DNA of 64,000 nucleotides from Promethearchaeota archaeon (GTDB lineage: Archaea > Asgardarchaeota > Thorarchaeia > Thorarchaeales > Thorarchaeaceae): assembly GCA_048939765.1 (NCBI GenBank), contig JBHLPF010000007.1:17241-81240 (forward strand), given 5' to 3'. The translations under genes were made by a program, and so were the position numbers. The notes under the pieces were generated by a model. That model did no database searches and had not been told where the DNA came from. It saw nothing but the letters and a program-made list of their open reading frames with translations. Of this stretch, positions 19,090 to 28,362 are shown piece by piece (position 1 is the first letter of the stretch; each line of letters begins with the position of its first letter).

Positions 19090-20778
19090 CTACAACTCTA
19101 GGATGATTCCCTGAAGCGGTTCTAATCGAATGATGTCATCTTCAATTGGATTTGAGTCCCTCAGTACGGAGAATAGTACTTTGGGCTGCGTATGCGGTTT
19201 CTCAACTGAGATGCTCTTCTTAGACATATTCAACCAGACTTGCACTGACTGTTTGTCGAATTCTCGCTCAAAGGCGAGAACATTCCTTCGATTGGTTCGC
19301 AATTCAATCAGATTCAGTGAGCCTGAATGAAGTGCTGGCGTGTTTCTGCGAAGATGTAACAAGTCCCTATAGAAATGAAGCAACGAATCACTATCTGACT
19401 CTTCAATCTCTACATTGATTTCTTCAAAACCCGGTGCTATCGATAACCATGGGTCAGAGTCGTCTGGACAGAAGCCTGCATTTGGTGAGGCGTTCCATTG
19501 CATTGGGGTTCTGCATTCATCTCGGTTGAGAGTGATTCTTCCACTTCTTGTCAAAAGATTGACCAGAATCTGAGGAATCCCACTGAATTTCTTGGCGATG
19601 GGATCCTGTCCTCTCTTGAGTGGGATTTTGTAGCTCGGCATCCCAATCTCTTCACCATAGTAGATGAAAGGAACGCCTCGTACGGTCAGTTGTATCATGA
19701 CGTTGAGCTTTGCAAGTGCAAAATCATTACCAAGTTTGCTGATTCTACGTGCCTGGTCATGATTGGAGAATACCCATGTTGGCATGTATGGTTCTGGGAG
19801 GAATCGCTCATATTCTTCAATCAAGTGTCGAAGAGCTTCTGCATATGGTTTGACATTGAGTGATTGGAACTGGAAAGTCAGGTGAAGGCCATCTGTTTTA
19901 GCATCCACAATCTCACCGGAATATCTCTTCAAGACTTCAAGAGAAGATGTAATCTCTCCAACTAGGAATCGCTCGGGGTTGGAATATTCATCCATGATGC
20001 GCCTCAATTCCTTCACGAAGGCATAGTTCTCAGGGTGGTTGATTGTATGGATGTTGTTCTGGAACATGCCCCTTGCGTCTTCATCAGAGGGGAAGAGAGA
20101 GAACGCAAATGGATTGTCCCTGAGCTGCTCATCCTCGTAGATTGTATTGATGATATCGAGGCGAAATCCATCCACTCCCTTGTCTAACCAGAATCGCATC
20201 GTATCATTCATCTCTCTCTTGATGTCAGGATTACGATAATTGAGGTCTGGTTGAAAGGGTAAGAACTGCGCCCAATACCATTGCTCGGTCAGTTCATCAT
20301 AATGCCATCCTGAACCTCCTACCATAGATTTCCAGTTATTCGGAGGCTTCTTGCCGTCTGGCATTTTGCCATCACGCCATATATACCAGTCACGCTTTGG
20401 ATTCTCTCGGCTTGAGCGCGATTCTAGGAACCATGGGTGCTGGTCACTTGTATGATTGAGGACCATATCAAATACGACATGCATAGCCCGATTGTGGATC
20501 TCCTGGATGAGCATGTTACAGTCCGCCATTGTGCCATACTCTGGTGCGATATCTCGGTAGTCGCTCACATCATACCCGTGGTCTGCTTGAGGACTCGTAA
20601 AGAAAGGCGAAAACCAAATGGTTTCAATTCCCAGATCCTGCAAATAGTCCAACTTTGAGATTATCCCAGGGATGTCGCCAACCCCATTACCTGTACTGTC
20701 TTTGAAACTACGTGGATAGACCTGATACACAGTAGTCTTCTTCCACCATGGGATGAGTTTGGGATTCTTCCCTCGCAC
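19090..20778 (-). CDS. GH13 alpha-glucosidase / oligo-1,6-glucosidase family protein
   Basis: 562-aa ORF with VYQVYPRSFKDSTGNGVGDIPGIISKLDYLQDLGIETIWFSPFF, DGFRLDII and NHDQ. Confidence 0.9.
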   Translation of the reverse strand: MRGKNPKLIPWWKKTTVYQVYPRSFKDSTGNGVGDIPGIISKLDYLQDLGIETIWFSPFFTSPQADHGYDVSDYRDIAPEYGTMADCNMLIQEIHNRAMHVVFDMVLNHTSDQHPWFLESRSSRENPKRDWYIWRDGKMPDGKKPPNNWKSMVGGSGWHYDELTEQWYWAQFLPFQPDLNYRNPDIKREMNDTMRFWLDKGVDGFRLDIINTIYEDEQLRDNPFAFSLFPSDEDARGMFQNNIHTINHPENYAFVKELRRIMDEYSNPERFLVGEITSSLEVLKRYSGEIVDAKTDGLHLTFQFQSLNVKPYAEALRHLIEEYERFLPEPYMPTWVFSNHDQARRISKLGNDFALAKLNVMIQLTVRGVPFIYYGEEIGMPSYKIPLKRGQDPIAKKFSGIPQILVNLLTRSGRITLNRDECRTPMQWNASPNAGFCPDDSDPWLSIAPGFEEINVEIEESDSDSLLHFYRDLLHLRRNTPALHSGSLNLIELRTNRRNVLAFEREFDKQSVQVWLNMSKKSISVEKPHTQPKVLFSVLRDSNPIEDDIIRLEPLQGIILEL

Positions 20779-20936
20779 TCGGGATTCCTCGTGTGTGTCA
20801 GACTATAACCCCCTCTTTTCTGTTCTTACTTCAGCCACATTGAAGTCTTGATGAAGTCCGACATTTGGACGGGAATTTTACGTTTCAGTAATGAATAAGG
20901 TCATAAATAACTCCGCGGTAATCGATAGCGAGTAAG

Positions 20937-21182
20937 ATGAGTCTACTTGGTCCTGACGATTTCGACCTAGATAGAAAAGGTCGCAAGAAGAAACTTGCAA
21001 AGGACCTTGCGCCTTCAATTGCGAAGGAGGTTGAAAGGTGGCTGGACAGGGAGGACGATCCTGAGGCTTTTAGGAGAGTATCAGAGTTGGTGGGTCCAGA
21101 AGAGGCCACCCGTCTGTTTGCTAGACGGCGAAAACAGACTAGAAAATCGAAACCCAAAGACCCTCTGCTCGAAGACCAATGA
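20937..21182 (+). CDS. Hypothetical highly charged small protein
   Basis: 81-aa ORF rich in Lys, Arg, Glu and Asp. No family recognised. It competes with an overlapping frame (20995..). Confidence 0.3.
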   Translation: MSLLGPDDFDLDRKGRKKKLAKDLAPSIAKEVERWLDREDDPEAFRRVSELVGPEEATRLFARRRKQTRKSKPKDPLLEDQ

Positions 21183-21192
21183 AGGGACCGCT

Positions 21193-21558
21193 TTGACAAC
21201 AAATAGGCATGAGCTTGATGAAGAAACACAGCAAAGCAACTTGAGAACAGCCTTAGCATTCATTCGCACGATAGACGCGGAGAAGAGAACCCACTTAGCT
21301 GAATTGCGAACGGGAATCGGTATATTGACAATACCAATGTCGCTATTGACAATTCTGATTGCCACATCAAACTACTACTCGATCAACGAATTTCTGCCTG
21401 TCATAGCGGGGCTTGTTGTAGGTATAGTCATACTCCTCTTTATTGGGGGCTATCTTGTGGTCATCGCCCTAAGAGATATCAGAGGAGACGACCGCCTCCG
21501 GGCATCGTGCGATGACCTCTCGTACCTGGTGGCAGAGTTCAATAACGATGACGATTAG
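21193..21558 (+). CDS. Hypothetical membrane protein
   Basis: This is the C-terminal part of track ORF 20995..21558, and only this part looks protein-like, with two TM helices (GILTIPMSLLTILIA, VIAGLVVGIVILLFIGGYLVVIAL). The start is placed at the in-frame TTG at 21193. Confidence 0.35.
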   Translation: MTTNRHELDEETQQSNLRTALAFIRTIDAEKRTHLAELRTGIGILTIPMSLLTILIATSNYYSINEFLPVIAGLVVGIVILLFIGGYLVVIALRDIRGDDRLRASCDDLSYLVAEFNNDDD

Positions 21559-21564
21559 AAGAAG

Positions 21565-21642
21565 TGGAGCCCCAGGAGGGATTTGAACCCTCGGCCTCCT
21601 CCTTACCAAGGAGGCGATCTAACCAGTCTGAGCTACTGAGGC
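21565..21642 (-). tRNA. tRNA-Thr (anticodon GGU), CCA encoded
   Basis: Acceptor GCCTCAG/CTGGGGC, anticodon stem CCTCC/GGAGG, loop TTGGTAA, T arm GAGGG-TTCAAAT-CCCTC, then T-CCA. There is one D-stem mismatch. Confidence 0.85.
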
Positions 21643-21754
21643 ATCCGTTATGACAGGGCTCACAGAGCGATGTCATTTCGCAGTCCGCACTGAGATTGGA
21701 CATAAAGCTTTCGACGTGGAGCAGGGAGAACAAATAGGTGTTTCAGAGGAATCT

Positions 21755-22651
21755 CTATTTGAACAGCTCATGAAGGTGAATCTGATGCTCTCCCAGTTTT
21801 CCACCATAATTGCCTGCAGTCATCTTTGTGATGCCAGGATATTTGCAGACCTCTTCGATAGCGACCTTAGTGGCTTTGGCAACTGCTTCTTTAGTCAGGC
21901 CGTTGATCACTATCTCCTGCGCGAACTCACTGCCCTTTGGCATCATGGTATCAGGTACTAATGCACGCAACGTTGGACAGAATTTCTCGTTTGTCGACGC
22001 AAAAAGAACCTTGTATCGCGATGATGGTTTGGATCCTGAGCCTACCAGCCCTCCAGGGAATGGCGTGTAGGCACCCTCAACCTTCTCTATAGCCTTGACT
22101 GCAGCTTTACCACTGTCCATGCCGCTCTTTACATCTTTGCAGGTGTAGATAATATTGCCGCCAGCAACTCCCTTCACACGGCCGAAGAGATTCTGCATGA
22201 CACAGGTCCCGCTCATCCTTGGAATCAGCCATAGAACTCTTCCATCGATTGGACCCTTCTTGGTCTGATAGCCATCTCCAAACAATGATACCTTCTTCCC
22301 TATCTCATAGAGGTCCTTGGGATTAGGGGTGTCATCAAAGGCGCTCGCTGTTGGGCTTGTGAGAACGCACTGACCTAGTCTGGCTAGCAATTGCGGCTCG
22401 AGTTTCTTCTTCGAACCAACTGCAAATATCACTCTGACGCCGGGTCGACCGTCTGGAGTTTCATCGGGTCCAAGCAAGTACTCAATTCCTGCCTCTGCGG
22501 GAGCCATAATCACTGAAGTGCCAAACCCTGTTGCCTCCAAGGCAGTCGTATAGGCCCACTCTTGATCATAGGCAGTAATGATGGTCCTGTTCATATGCAT
22601 ACTGAATGCTTCTGCAAATGTGTCCTCGATTGGTACACCGTTGATCTCCAT
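21755..22651 (-). CDS. ftr: Formylmethanofuran:tetrahydromethanopterin N-formyltransferase
   Basis: MEINGVPIEDTFAEAF...TGFGTSVIMAPAEAGIE...GNYGGKLGEHQIHLHELF is collinear with Ftr as I remember it from methanogens. The start is taken at MEINGV. Confidence 0.9.
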   Translation of the reverse strand: MEINGVPIEDTFAEAFSMHMNRTIITAYDQEWAYTTALEATGFGTSVIMAPAEAGIEYLLGPDETPDGRPGVRVIFAVGSKKKLEPQLLARLGQCVLTSPTASAFDDTPNPKDLYEIGKKVSLFGDGYQTKKGPIDGRVLWLIPRMSGTCVMQNLFGRVKGVAGGNIIYTCKDVKSGMDSGKAAVKAIEKVEGAYTPFPGGLVGSGSKPSSRYKVLFASTNEKFCPTLRALVPDTMMPKGSEFAQEIVINGLTKEAVAKATKVAIEEVCKYPGITKMTAGNYGGKLGEHQIHLHELFK

Positions 22652-22788
22652 CTCGCGCACCACTGTATTTGGTGTGAGTACGGGCAACACTTGTGCTATT
22701 TCTTTCTTACCTATTTAGGCAAGTCGGCCGTTCAGAGGTTTTAAGAGGAGGAAAGGATTCGAACATCGTCATTAGGATGGTCTGACTC

Positions 22789-23643
22789 ATGACTGTGCAT
22801 CTGAAGTTGACCAAGGAACCGGACATCCCTCTAGAAGCTGACACCATAACTCCGACCCATTTTGCAGGGAAGAGCGCTGCAGAGATAGGAAAGCTTCCAG
22901 TTCTTCAGGGAAATCAGACCTTTGAACTTGCGACCTTCTTTGATATCTCTGGAGATGCAGGTGCCACTGCCGACGAGACTGAGATTGTTGTGAGTGGCAA
23001 TTTGAAAGATGTCAAGATGATAGGCAAGGGTATGAATGGGGGAAGAATCACCGTGGAAGGAGATGTTGGCATGTATCTAGGTGCTGAGATGATAGCAGGC
23101 AGAATACACGTCAAGGGCTCCGTGGGCTCATGGGCCGCTGCAGAGATGGAGGGTGGAAACATCCAGATAGAAGGAGATGCTGGTGATTACCTCTGTGCCG
23201 GCTATCGTGGTAGTCCAGATGGGATGAAAGGAGGCAGGGTCTATGTCGCAGGTAATGTGGGACGCGAGATGGGCGCCCATATGAGAAAGGGCTTCATCGC
23301 AGTGAAAGGCGATGTAGACACACTTGCAGGAGTCAGAATGAAAGGGGGAACAATCATAGTTGTAGGGAATATCGCAGACCGTCTTGGTGTTGAGGCCACG
23401 AAGGGTATGATATTCTGCCTAGGAAAGGTGGATTCGCTACTGCCCACCTACAAGTTCAGTGGCAGTTCTGAGAGAGAGTTCACGAACTACTACTTGAAAT
23501 ACCTGAAGTCGCGCAGACCAGACTTCATCAGTGAAGACCTGGACCTTGCTGAAAAATGGGCGAAGTTCATGGGCGACTTTGCAGAGGGCGATCCGAAACA
23601 GGAGATCTATCTGCGTGAAACAGCAAATCAACACTTACTCTGA
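22789..23643 (+). CDS. fwdC: Formylmethanofuran dehydrogenase subunit C-like protein
   Basis: 284-aa ORF with the repeated Gly-rich beta-helix motif (GGRITVEGDVG, GRIHVKGSVG, GGNIQIEGDAG, GGRVYVAGNVG, GFIAVKGDV, GGTIIVVGN). Confidence 0.85.
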   Translation: MTVHLKLTKEPDIPLEADTITPTHFAGKSAAEIGKLPVLQGNQTFELATFFDISGDAGATADETEIVVSGNLKDVKMIGKGMNGGRITVEGDVGMYLGAEMIAGRIHVKGSVGSWAAAEMEGGNIQIEGDAGDYLCAGYRGSPDGMKGGRVYVAGNVGREMGAHMRKGFIAVKGDVDTLAGVRMKGGTIIVVGNIADRLGVEATKGMIFCLGKVDSLLPTYKFSGSSEREFTNYYLKYLKSRRPDFISEDLDLAEKWAKFMGDFAEGDPKQEIYLRETANQHLL

Positions 23644-23655
23644 GGAGAGAGGAGT

Positions 23656-24627
23656 ATGAAAGATCCAAGCGTTAACGAGAAGGCACTAGAGATTGTCAAG
23701 GAGATGATGGATAGAAAGGACGAACTCAATTGTACTGTGACTGAGCAGGGTAATGGAGCTACCCTGATTGACGCGGGTATTGATGTGTCCGGGGGAATTG
23801 AGGCTGGAAGACTCGTCGGGGAAATCTGTCTCGGAGGCCTTGGAACCGTTAGGATTGCCCACCAGCACGTTGGCGACATGACATTTCCTGCAGTGGTGGT
23901 CAGTACCGATCATCCTAGGATTGCGACCATGGGATCCCAATTTGCAGGATGGGCTGTTGATGTCAAAGGTGACGAGGGGAAGTATTTCGCAATGGGTTCA
24001 GGTCCAGCCAGAGCGCTTGCGGTAGTCGAGAAGAAGCTCTACAAGGAGCTTGACTACAAGGACGAGGCCAAGGTCGGTGTGATTGTGATTGAAACACGAA
24101 CTCCACCTCCTGAGTTTGCAACCAATTTCATTGCTGAGAAATGTGGAATCTCATCATCAGACCTCTATTGTGTAATGACACCGACCGCTTGTGTTGCTGG
24201 TTCGGTGCAGATTTCAGCCAGGGTTGTAGAAGTGGGCGTACACAAGCTGCACGAGTTGAAGTTCGACCCAGCCAAGATTCGAGCCGGACATGGTGTTGCA
24301 CCTATAGGGCCAGTAGCCAAGAACGACAATAAGGCGATGGGGGTCACAAATGACTGCATTCTATATGCTGGGCGTACGTTCTACTTCATCAGGCCAGATG
24401 AGGAGGATGCCCTTGCAGACCTGATAGAGAAGGCACCGTCTTCAGCATCTGAACAATACGGTCAGCCCTTCTTCAAGCTGTTCAAGAGTTTCGAGTTTGA
24501 CTTCTATAAGGTCGATCCGCTTCTCTTCAGCCCTGCAGAAATCACCCTTAATGACATTGTCAAGGGCAAGACCTACAAAGCAGGGTACGTGAATGCAGAG
24601 GTTCTGAAACAATCATTTGGAATGTAG
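23656..24627 (+). CDS. mch: Methenyltetrahydromethanopterin cyclohydrolase
   Basis: 323-aa ORF. SVNEKALEIVKEMMDRKDELNCTV...GATLIDAGIDVSGGIEAGRLVGEICLGGLG is collinear with Mch. Confidence 0.9.
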   Translation: MKDPSVNEKALEIVKEMMDRKDELNCTVTEQGNGATLIDAGIDVSGGIEAGRLVGEICLGGLGTVRIAHQHVGDMTFPAVVVSTDHPRIATMGSQFAGWAVDVKGDEGKYFAMGSGPARALAVVEKKLYKELDYKDEAKVGVIVIETRTPPPEFATNFIAEKCGISSSDLYCVMTPTACVAGSVQISARVVEVGVHKLHELKFDPAKIRAGHGVAPIGPVAKNDNKAMGVTNDCILYAGRTFYFIRPDEEDALADLIEKAPSSASEQYGQPFFKLFKSFEFDFYKVDPLLFSPAEITLNDIVKGKTYKAGYVNAEVLKQSFGM

Positions 24628-24699
24628 TACCGGGTACACATTTCACATGCAGCAGCAAACAGATAGTAGGGAGCAGATTTGATGCAAGAATGAACGAGT

Positions 24700-25464
24700 A
24701 TGCCAGCTGAGAGAATTCTGGGTGCCTTAATAATCAACGTCCGCATGGAAGTTTGTCCATATCAAGGAGTTCCGATAACTTTGCAGACTATTCTGGATCC
24801 AACAGTAATCTCTAGTCTAACGACTGCTTTCCTATCTTTCTGCTTATCCACTTACCTCTATTTTCTGTGGAGAAGACAAGAGAATAGGCTCTATACTGAC
24901 CTTCCATTGATGTTCAGTATAATCTTCATCAGCTCAGCAGTAAGCCAAGTGCTTCAGGCCTTGCCTTTGCTGGGCGTAATCGGAGATTCTGTTGAGATGT
25001 TTCGTATACGTGCCTTTGTAGTATTGGTGATGGTGATACCTATGGTGGTCGTGCTGCTGAGCATTCTGGCCCCTAGGTGGAGAAGGCATCACAACAAGAT
25101 CACCGCAGCATCTGCTATGTATTGGATTGCTGCTACATTTCTTGGCACAAGCCGAGAGCAAATCATGACGCTCGTAATTCCCTTTTTGTTGGTACTTATG
25201 GTAGGCTGGCTTGTTATGTTCACCATAACTTGGAAAACTGGTCGATTGAAAGAAGTTCGAAGCGACCTCATGGTGTTTGCAACCATTCTTTCCCTCATTA
25301 GTCAGGGTGGAAAAGTCGCTATGATGGCCATGGGGATAGGCTTTGTCGCAGACATGATTACGGCGATAAGTGTCATTACCTATACAGTTGCTATGGTGAA
25401 CCCATGGTACAAACGGCAACAACCTTCTGCTGATTCTATTGAAGTAGCAACAGCAATGTACTAG
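24700..25464 (+). CDS. Hypothetical polytopic membrane protein
   Basis: 254-aa ORF with about 7 hydrophobic segments. No family recognised. Confidence 0.5.
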   Translation: MPAERILGALIINVRMEVCPYQGVPITLQTILDPTVISSLTTAFLSFCLSTYLYFLWRRQENRLYTDLPLMFSIIFISSAVSQVLQALPLLGVIGDSVEMFRIRAFVVLVMVIPMVVVLLSILAPRWRRHHNKITAASAMYWIAATFLGTSREQIMTLVIPFLLVLMVGWLVMFTITWKTGRLKEVRSDLMVFATILSLISQGGKVAMMAMGIGFVADMITAISVITYTVAMVNPWYKRQQPSADSIEVATAMY

Positions 25465-25537
25465 CATTCAGTGCTGCTGTGGAGGTTCCTCCAGATTTCG
25501 AGGAATCTCTTTCCCATTTTTCGGTCTTTAAATTCCA

Positions 25538-26521
25538 ATGATAGGACACTCAACTGGTAGCGATACAACACTAGAGGTATCTCAAATGACAATTACTGAA
25601 ATTGCTCAGGAGACACAAGGCAAGGAACAGACTTCTGAGCACCCTCTCTCAAAGATCGGGCTTTTGCCCCTTGCTGGGCTGCTTTTCCTTGTAGCGGTAG
25701 TCTGGCGAATCGTAGACATCTTTGTCCTCGGCTTGGGGGACACCTGGATAAACATCATGCCCTCCAAGCTGTTCCCATTGCTAATTACTGCTGGAGTGTT
25801 TTGGAAATACAGAAGGACAGAGTTCAGTTCTGTTCTAGGTCTGGCAAAGGGACCCTATTTCAGAACCCAAATTGTGCTGGGAATTGGCATCTTTGCGGCA
25901 TGGCACCTCATGTTGAATGTGTTTCCCAAGATCATCTATGGGGTAATGGATCCGACCTACAATGTTTCCTTCGTGATTCTCAATGTGGATATTCTATGGT
26001 ACTTGTTCCTCTTCTTCCTCACAAATGGATTCCTAGAAGAGGTCCTTTTCAGAGGCCTTCTGCAGAACTCTTTCAGAGGGAAGACATCGACCTTTGGTGC
26101 AATTTCTCTTTCCGGACTGCTGTTTGGCGTATGGCATGTGACTTGGCCAATAGTGAATGGACTCGACAGCGGGTTCTCTGTTGGACAGGCGATCTCGCTT
26201 GTGGTATTCTCTACGATTTTCGCATTATTCTATGGCTATTACTATGAGAACTTCTCGAGTCGTCGCACTCTAGTTGGGACCATAACAGCACACACATTCA
26301 TGAATTTCATCAACGAAAACTTCAAGGTAGGTTCAGACCCGCTTGTACAGGGTCCGGACTATTTCTACGGGTCACCGATTCTACTGGGTCTGACAATAGG
26401 TATGTTCCTGCTCACTTTCATTGTGCTAACATTCGCGGCATACAAGTACCGCATCGAGGACGTACAGAAGCACTGGCATCGGATCACAGACTGGTGGACT
26501 GGACTGAGAGCAAATGAATAA
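25538..26521 (+). CDS. CPBP family (CAAX/Abi) intramembrane metalloprotease
   Basis: Motifs FLEEVLFRGLLQ, FGVWH and HTFMNF in a polytopic ORF. The start may instead be at 25586. Confidence 0.8.
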   Translation: MIGHSTGSDTTLEVSQMTITEIAQETQGKEQTSEHPLSKIGLLPLAGLLFLVAVVWRIVDIFVLGLGDTWINIMPSKLFPLLITAGVFWKYRRTEFSSVLGLAKGPYFRTQIVLGIGIFAAWHLMLNVFPKIIYGVMDPTYNVSFVILNVDILWYLFLFFLTNGFLEEVLFRGLLQNSFRGKTSTFGAISLSGLLFGVWHVTWPIVNGLDSGFSVGQAISLVVFSTIFALFYGYYYENFSSRRTLVGTITAHTFMNFINENFKVGSDPLVQGPDYFYGSPILLGLTIGMFLLTFIVLTFAAYKYRIEDVQKHWHRITDWWTGLRANE

Positions 26522-26581
26522 GATTTGATGACCGTTTCCGTGTCCTTTATCTGTTGAAGGAAATCTGAAGCCCCGATTGGA

Positions 26582-26860
26582 ATGAGAGTCGAGATACGAT
26601 TTCGAGGTCCTCTTGCATCCAAGAGGGGCATGCTTGTCTTTAATGTAGAGATAGAAGAAGGGGCCAGTCTCGAAAGGACTCTCAAGAGCCTCTTAAGCTC
26701 GGAAGAAGCAGTGGAAAGGGTCTGGGTAGATACCGAAAAAATGGACCGTGAAGCACTGATTCTAAGAAACGAGGCTGATGTAGGCCTTATGGGCGGTCTT
26801 GCCACTGTGCTAGAAGATGGCGACAAGATTGTGATATTACCACTGGTACACGGGGGTTAA
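26582..26860 (+). CDS. MoaD/ThiS-family ubiquitin-like small protein ending in Gly-Gly (SAMP/Urm1-like)
   Basis: 92-aa ORF ending DGDKIVILPLVHGG immediately before the stop. Confidence 0.75.
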   Translation: MRVEIRFRGPLASKRGMLVFNVEIEEGASLERTLKSLLSSEEAVERVWVDTEKMDREALILRNEADVGLMGGLATVLEDGDKIVILPLVHGG

Positions 26861-27384
26861 ACAAATCCCGCTCCAGCCCTGATCGCTTCGATATCAAGTC
26901 GTTGTGCTTTTGATTCTATGTGATCCTTCAGTGAGTTTTCAAGAGCCTTGACAGGAAAGATTTCGGATTTTTTCACTAGAGCACCTAGCATGACCATATT
27001 TGAAACAAGACGCAACCCCATATTGTCAGCCGTCTTCATGGCGGGAATGCTGACTATCTCAAAGTCATCTCCGGCCTCTTTGGGATTGACTAGGTCCGGA
27101 TCTATCAGCAGGACTCCTCCTTTCTTGGCTCCTGAGAGGTACAGCTCAAAGGCCTTCTGTGACATCAGAACACTGTAGTCTGCCTGGCGAACCTTTGGAT
27201 AGCGTATTTGCTCATCACTGATGATTACTTCGCTCTTTGCTGCTGTTCCCCTAGCCTCTGAGCCATAGCTCTGCGTCTGAACGGATTCAAGACCAGCATG
27301 AACGACCGCAGCATGCCCCAGAATGACTCCAGCAAGCACAACACCCATACCACCAGTGCCAGCAATACGGAACTCTTTCCTCAC
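26857..27384 (-). CDS. 2-oxoacid:ferredoxin oxidoreductase gamma subunit
   Basis: 175-aa ORF with IAGTGGMGVVLAGVILG and QTQSYGSEARG. Confidence 0.85.
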   Translation of the reverse strand: MRKEFRIAGTGGMGVVLAGVILGHAAVVHAGLESVQTQSYGSEARGTAAKSEVIISDEQIRYPKVRQADYSVLMSQKAFELYLSGAKKGGVLLIDPDLVNPKEAGDDFEIVSIPAMKTADNMGLRLVSNMVMLGALVKKSEIFPVKALENSLKDHIESKAQRLDIEAIRAGAGFV

Positions 27385-27395
27385 CGCATCTCATC

Positions 27396-28229
27396 TCACT
27401 GACTGGTAATCTGCCTCAGAGACTCTAGAAAGGATGGTTCAGTTCGGTCGGCAAATACACCAAGATCTATTGTGTTGTGTTTGGGGGTGCGATACTCTAT
27501 TGGGTCATCCTTCTTCCGAACTGGCAATTCTTTCATCCATTTCAGCATCTCGACAGGCCCACCAGCCTTCGTCCTCCGACCATACGCAGTAGGACATTGG
27601 CTAAGCATTTCTACAAATGTGAAACCCTTCCGTTCTAGGGCTGTTTTCATTGCTCTTGCTGCCTGAAACGGATGAGCAGTGGTCCATCTTGCAACGTAGT
27701 TGGCTCCCGCCGCAGCTACCAATCGAGCAATGTCGAACGGGCGCTCTGGGTTACCATATGGTGTTGTACTTGTTCGGTCACCAGTGAAAGTTGTAGGTCC
27801 AACCTGCCCACCAGTCATTCCATATATCCAATTGTTTGAGCAAATGACGGTCAGGTCCATGTTGCGACGAGCAGCATGAATAAGATGGTTCCCGCCAATT
27901 GCAGCCAGGTCGCCGTCACCGCTTATCACAACGACCTCTTGCTCAGGTATCGCCAGCTTCAGACCAGTTGCAAATGCGATAGCACGGCCATGAGTTGTAT
28001 GCAGAGTGTCCGCGCGGAAATGCGGAGAAACAATCCAAGCGCCACAACCAATGCCTGAAACAAAGGCGAACTTGCTAAGGTCTTCATGGCCTAGGTCCTT
28101 GACTGCCTTAAGGAACGCTGAGCCTGTTTCCATATTCCCGCATCCAGGGCAGAATGGGTCAGGCAGGCACTCTTCACGTAGGAATTGTCGGGCGAAGTGC
28201 TTATTGGTGACGGTCAAGTTTCTCACCAA
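27396..28229 (-). CDS. 2-oxoacid:ferredoxin oxidoreductase beta (TPP-binding) subunit
   Basis: 277-aa ORF with FCPGCGN, GIGCGAW, ISGDGDLAAIGGNH and MLSQCPT. Confidence 0.9.
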   Translation of the reverse strand: MVRNLTVTNKHFARQFLREECLPDPFCPGCGNMETGSAFLKAVKDLGHEDLSKFAFVSGIGCGAWIVSPHFRADTLHTTHGRAIAFATGLKLAIPEQEVVVISGDGDLAAIGGNHLIHAARRNMDLTVICSNNWIYGMTGGQVGPTTFTGDRTSTTPYGNPERPFDIARLVAAAGANYVARWTTAHPFQAARAMKTALERKGFTFVEMLSQCPTAYGRRTKAGGPVEMLKWMKELPVRKKDDPIEYRTPKHNTIDLGVFADRTEPSFLESLRQITSQ

Positions 28230-28362
28230 GTCGGATGTCGGAGTCAGAGACTAATAACACATTCTCTAGGGAAGCACTTTGTATTCTGTCAAAGCATCAC
28301 GCTTAAAACGACATGGCAAGACGCCTTGTTTCGCAGAGATTACACTCTAAGGTGATATTAGA

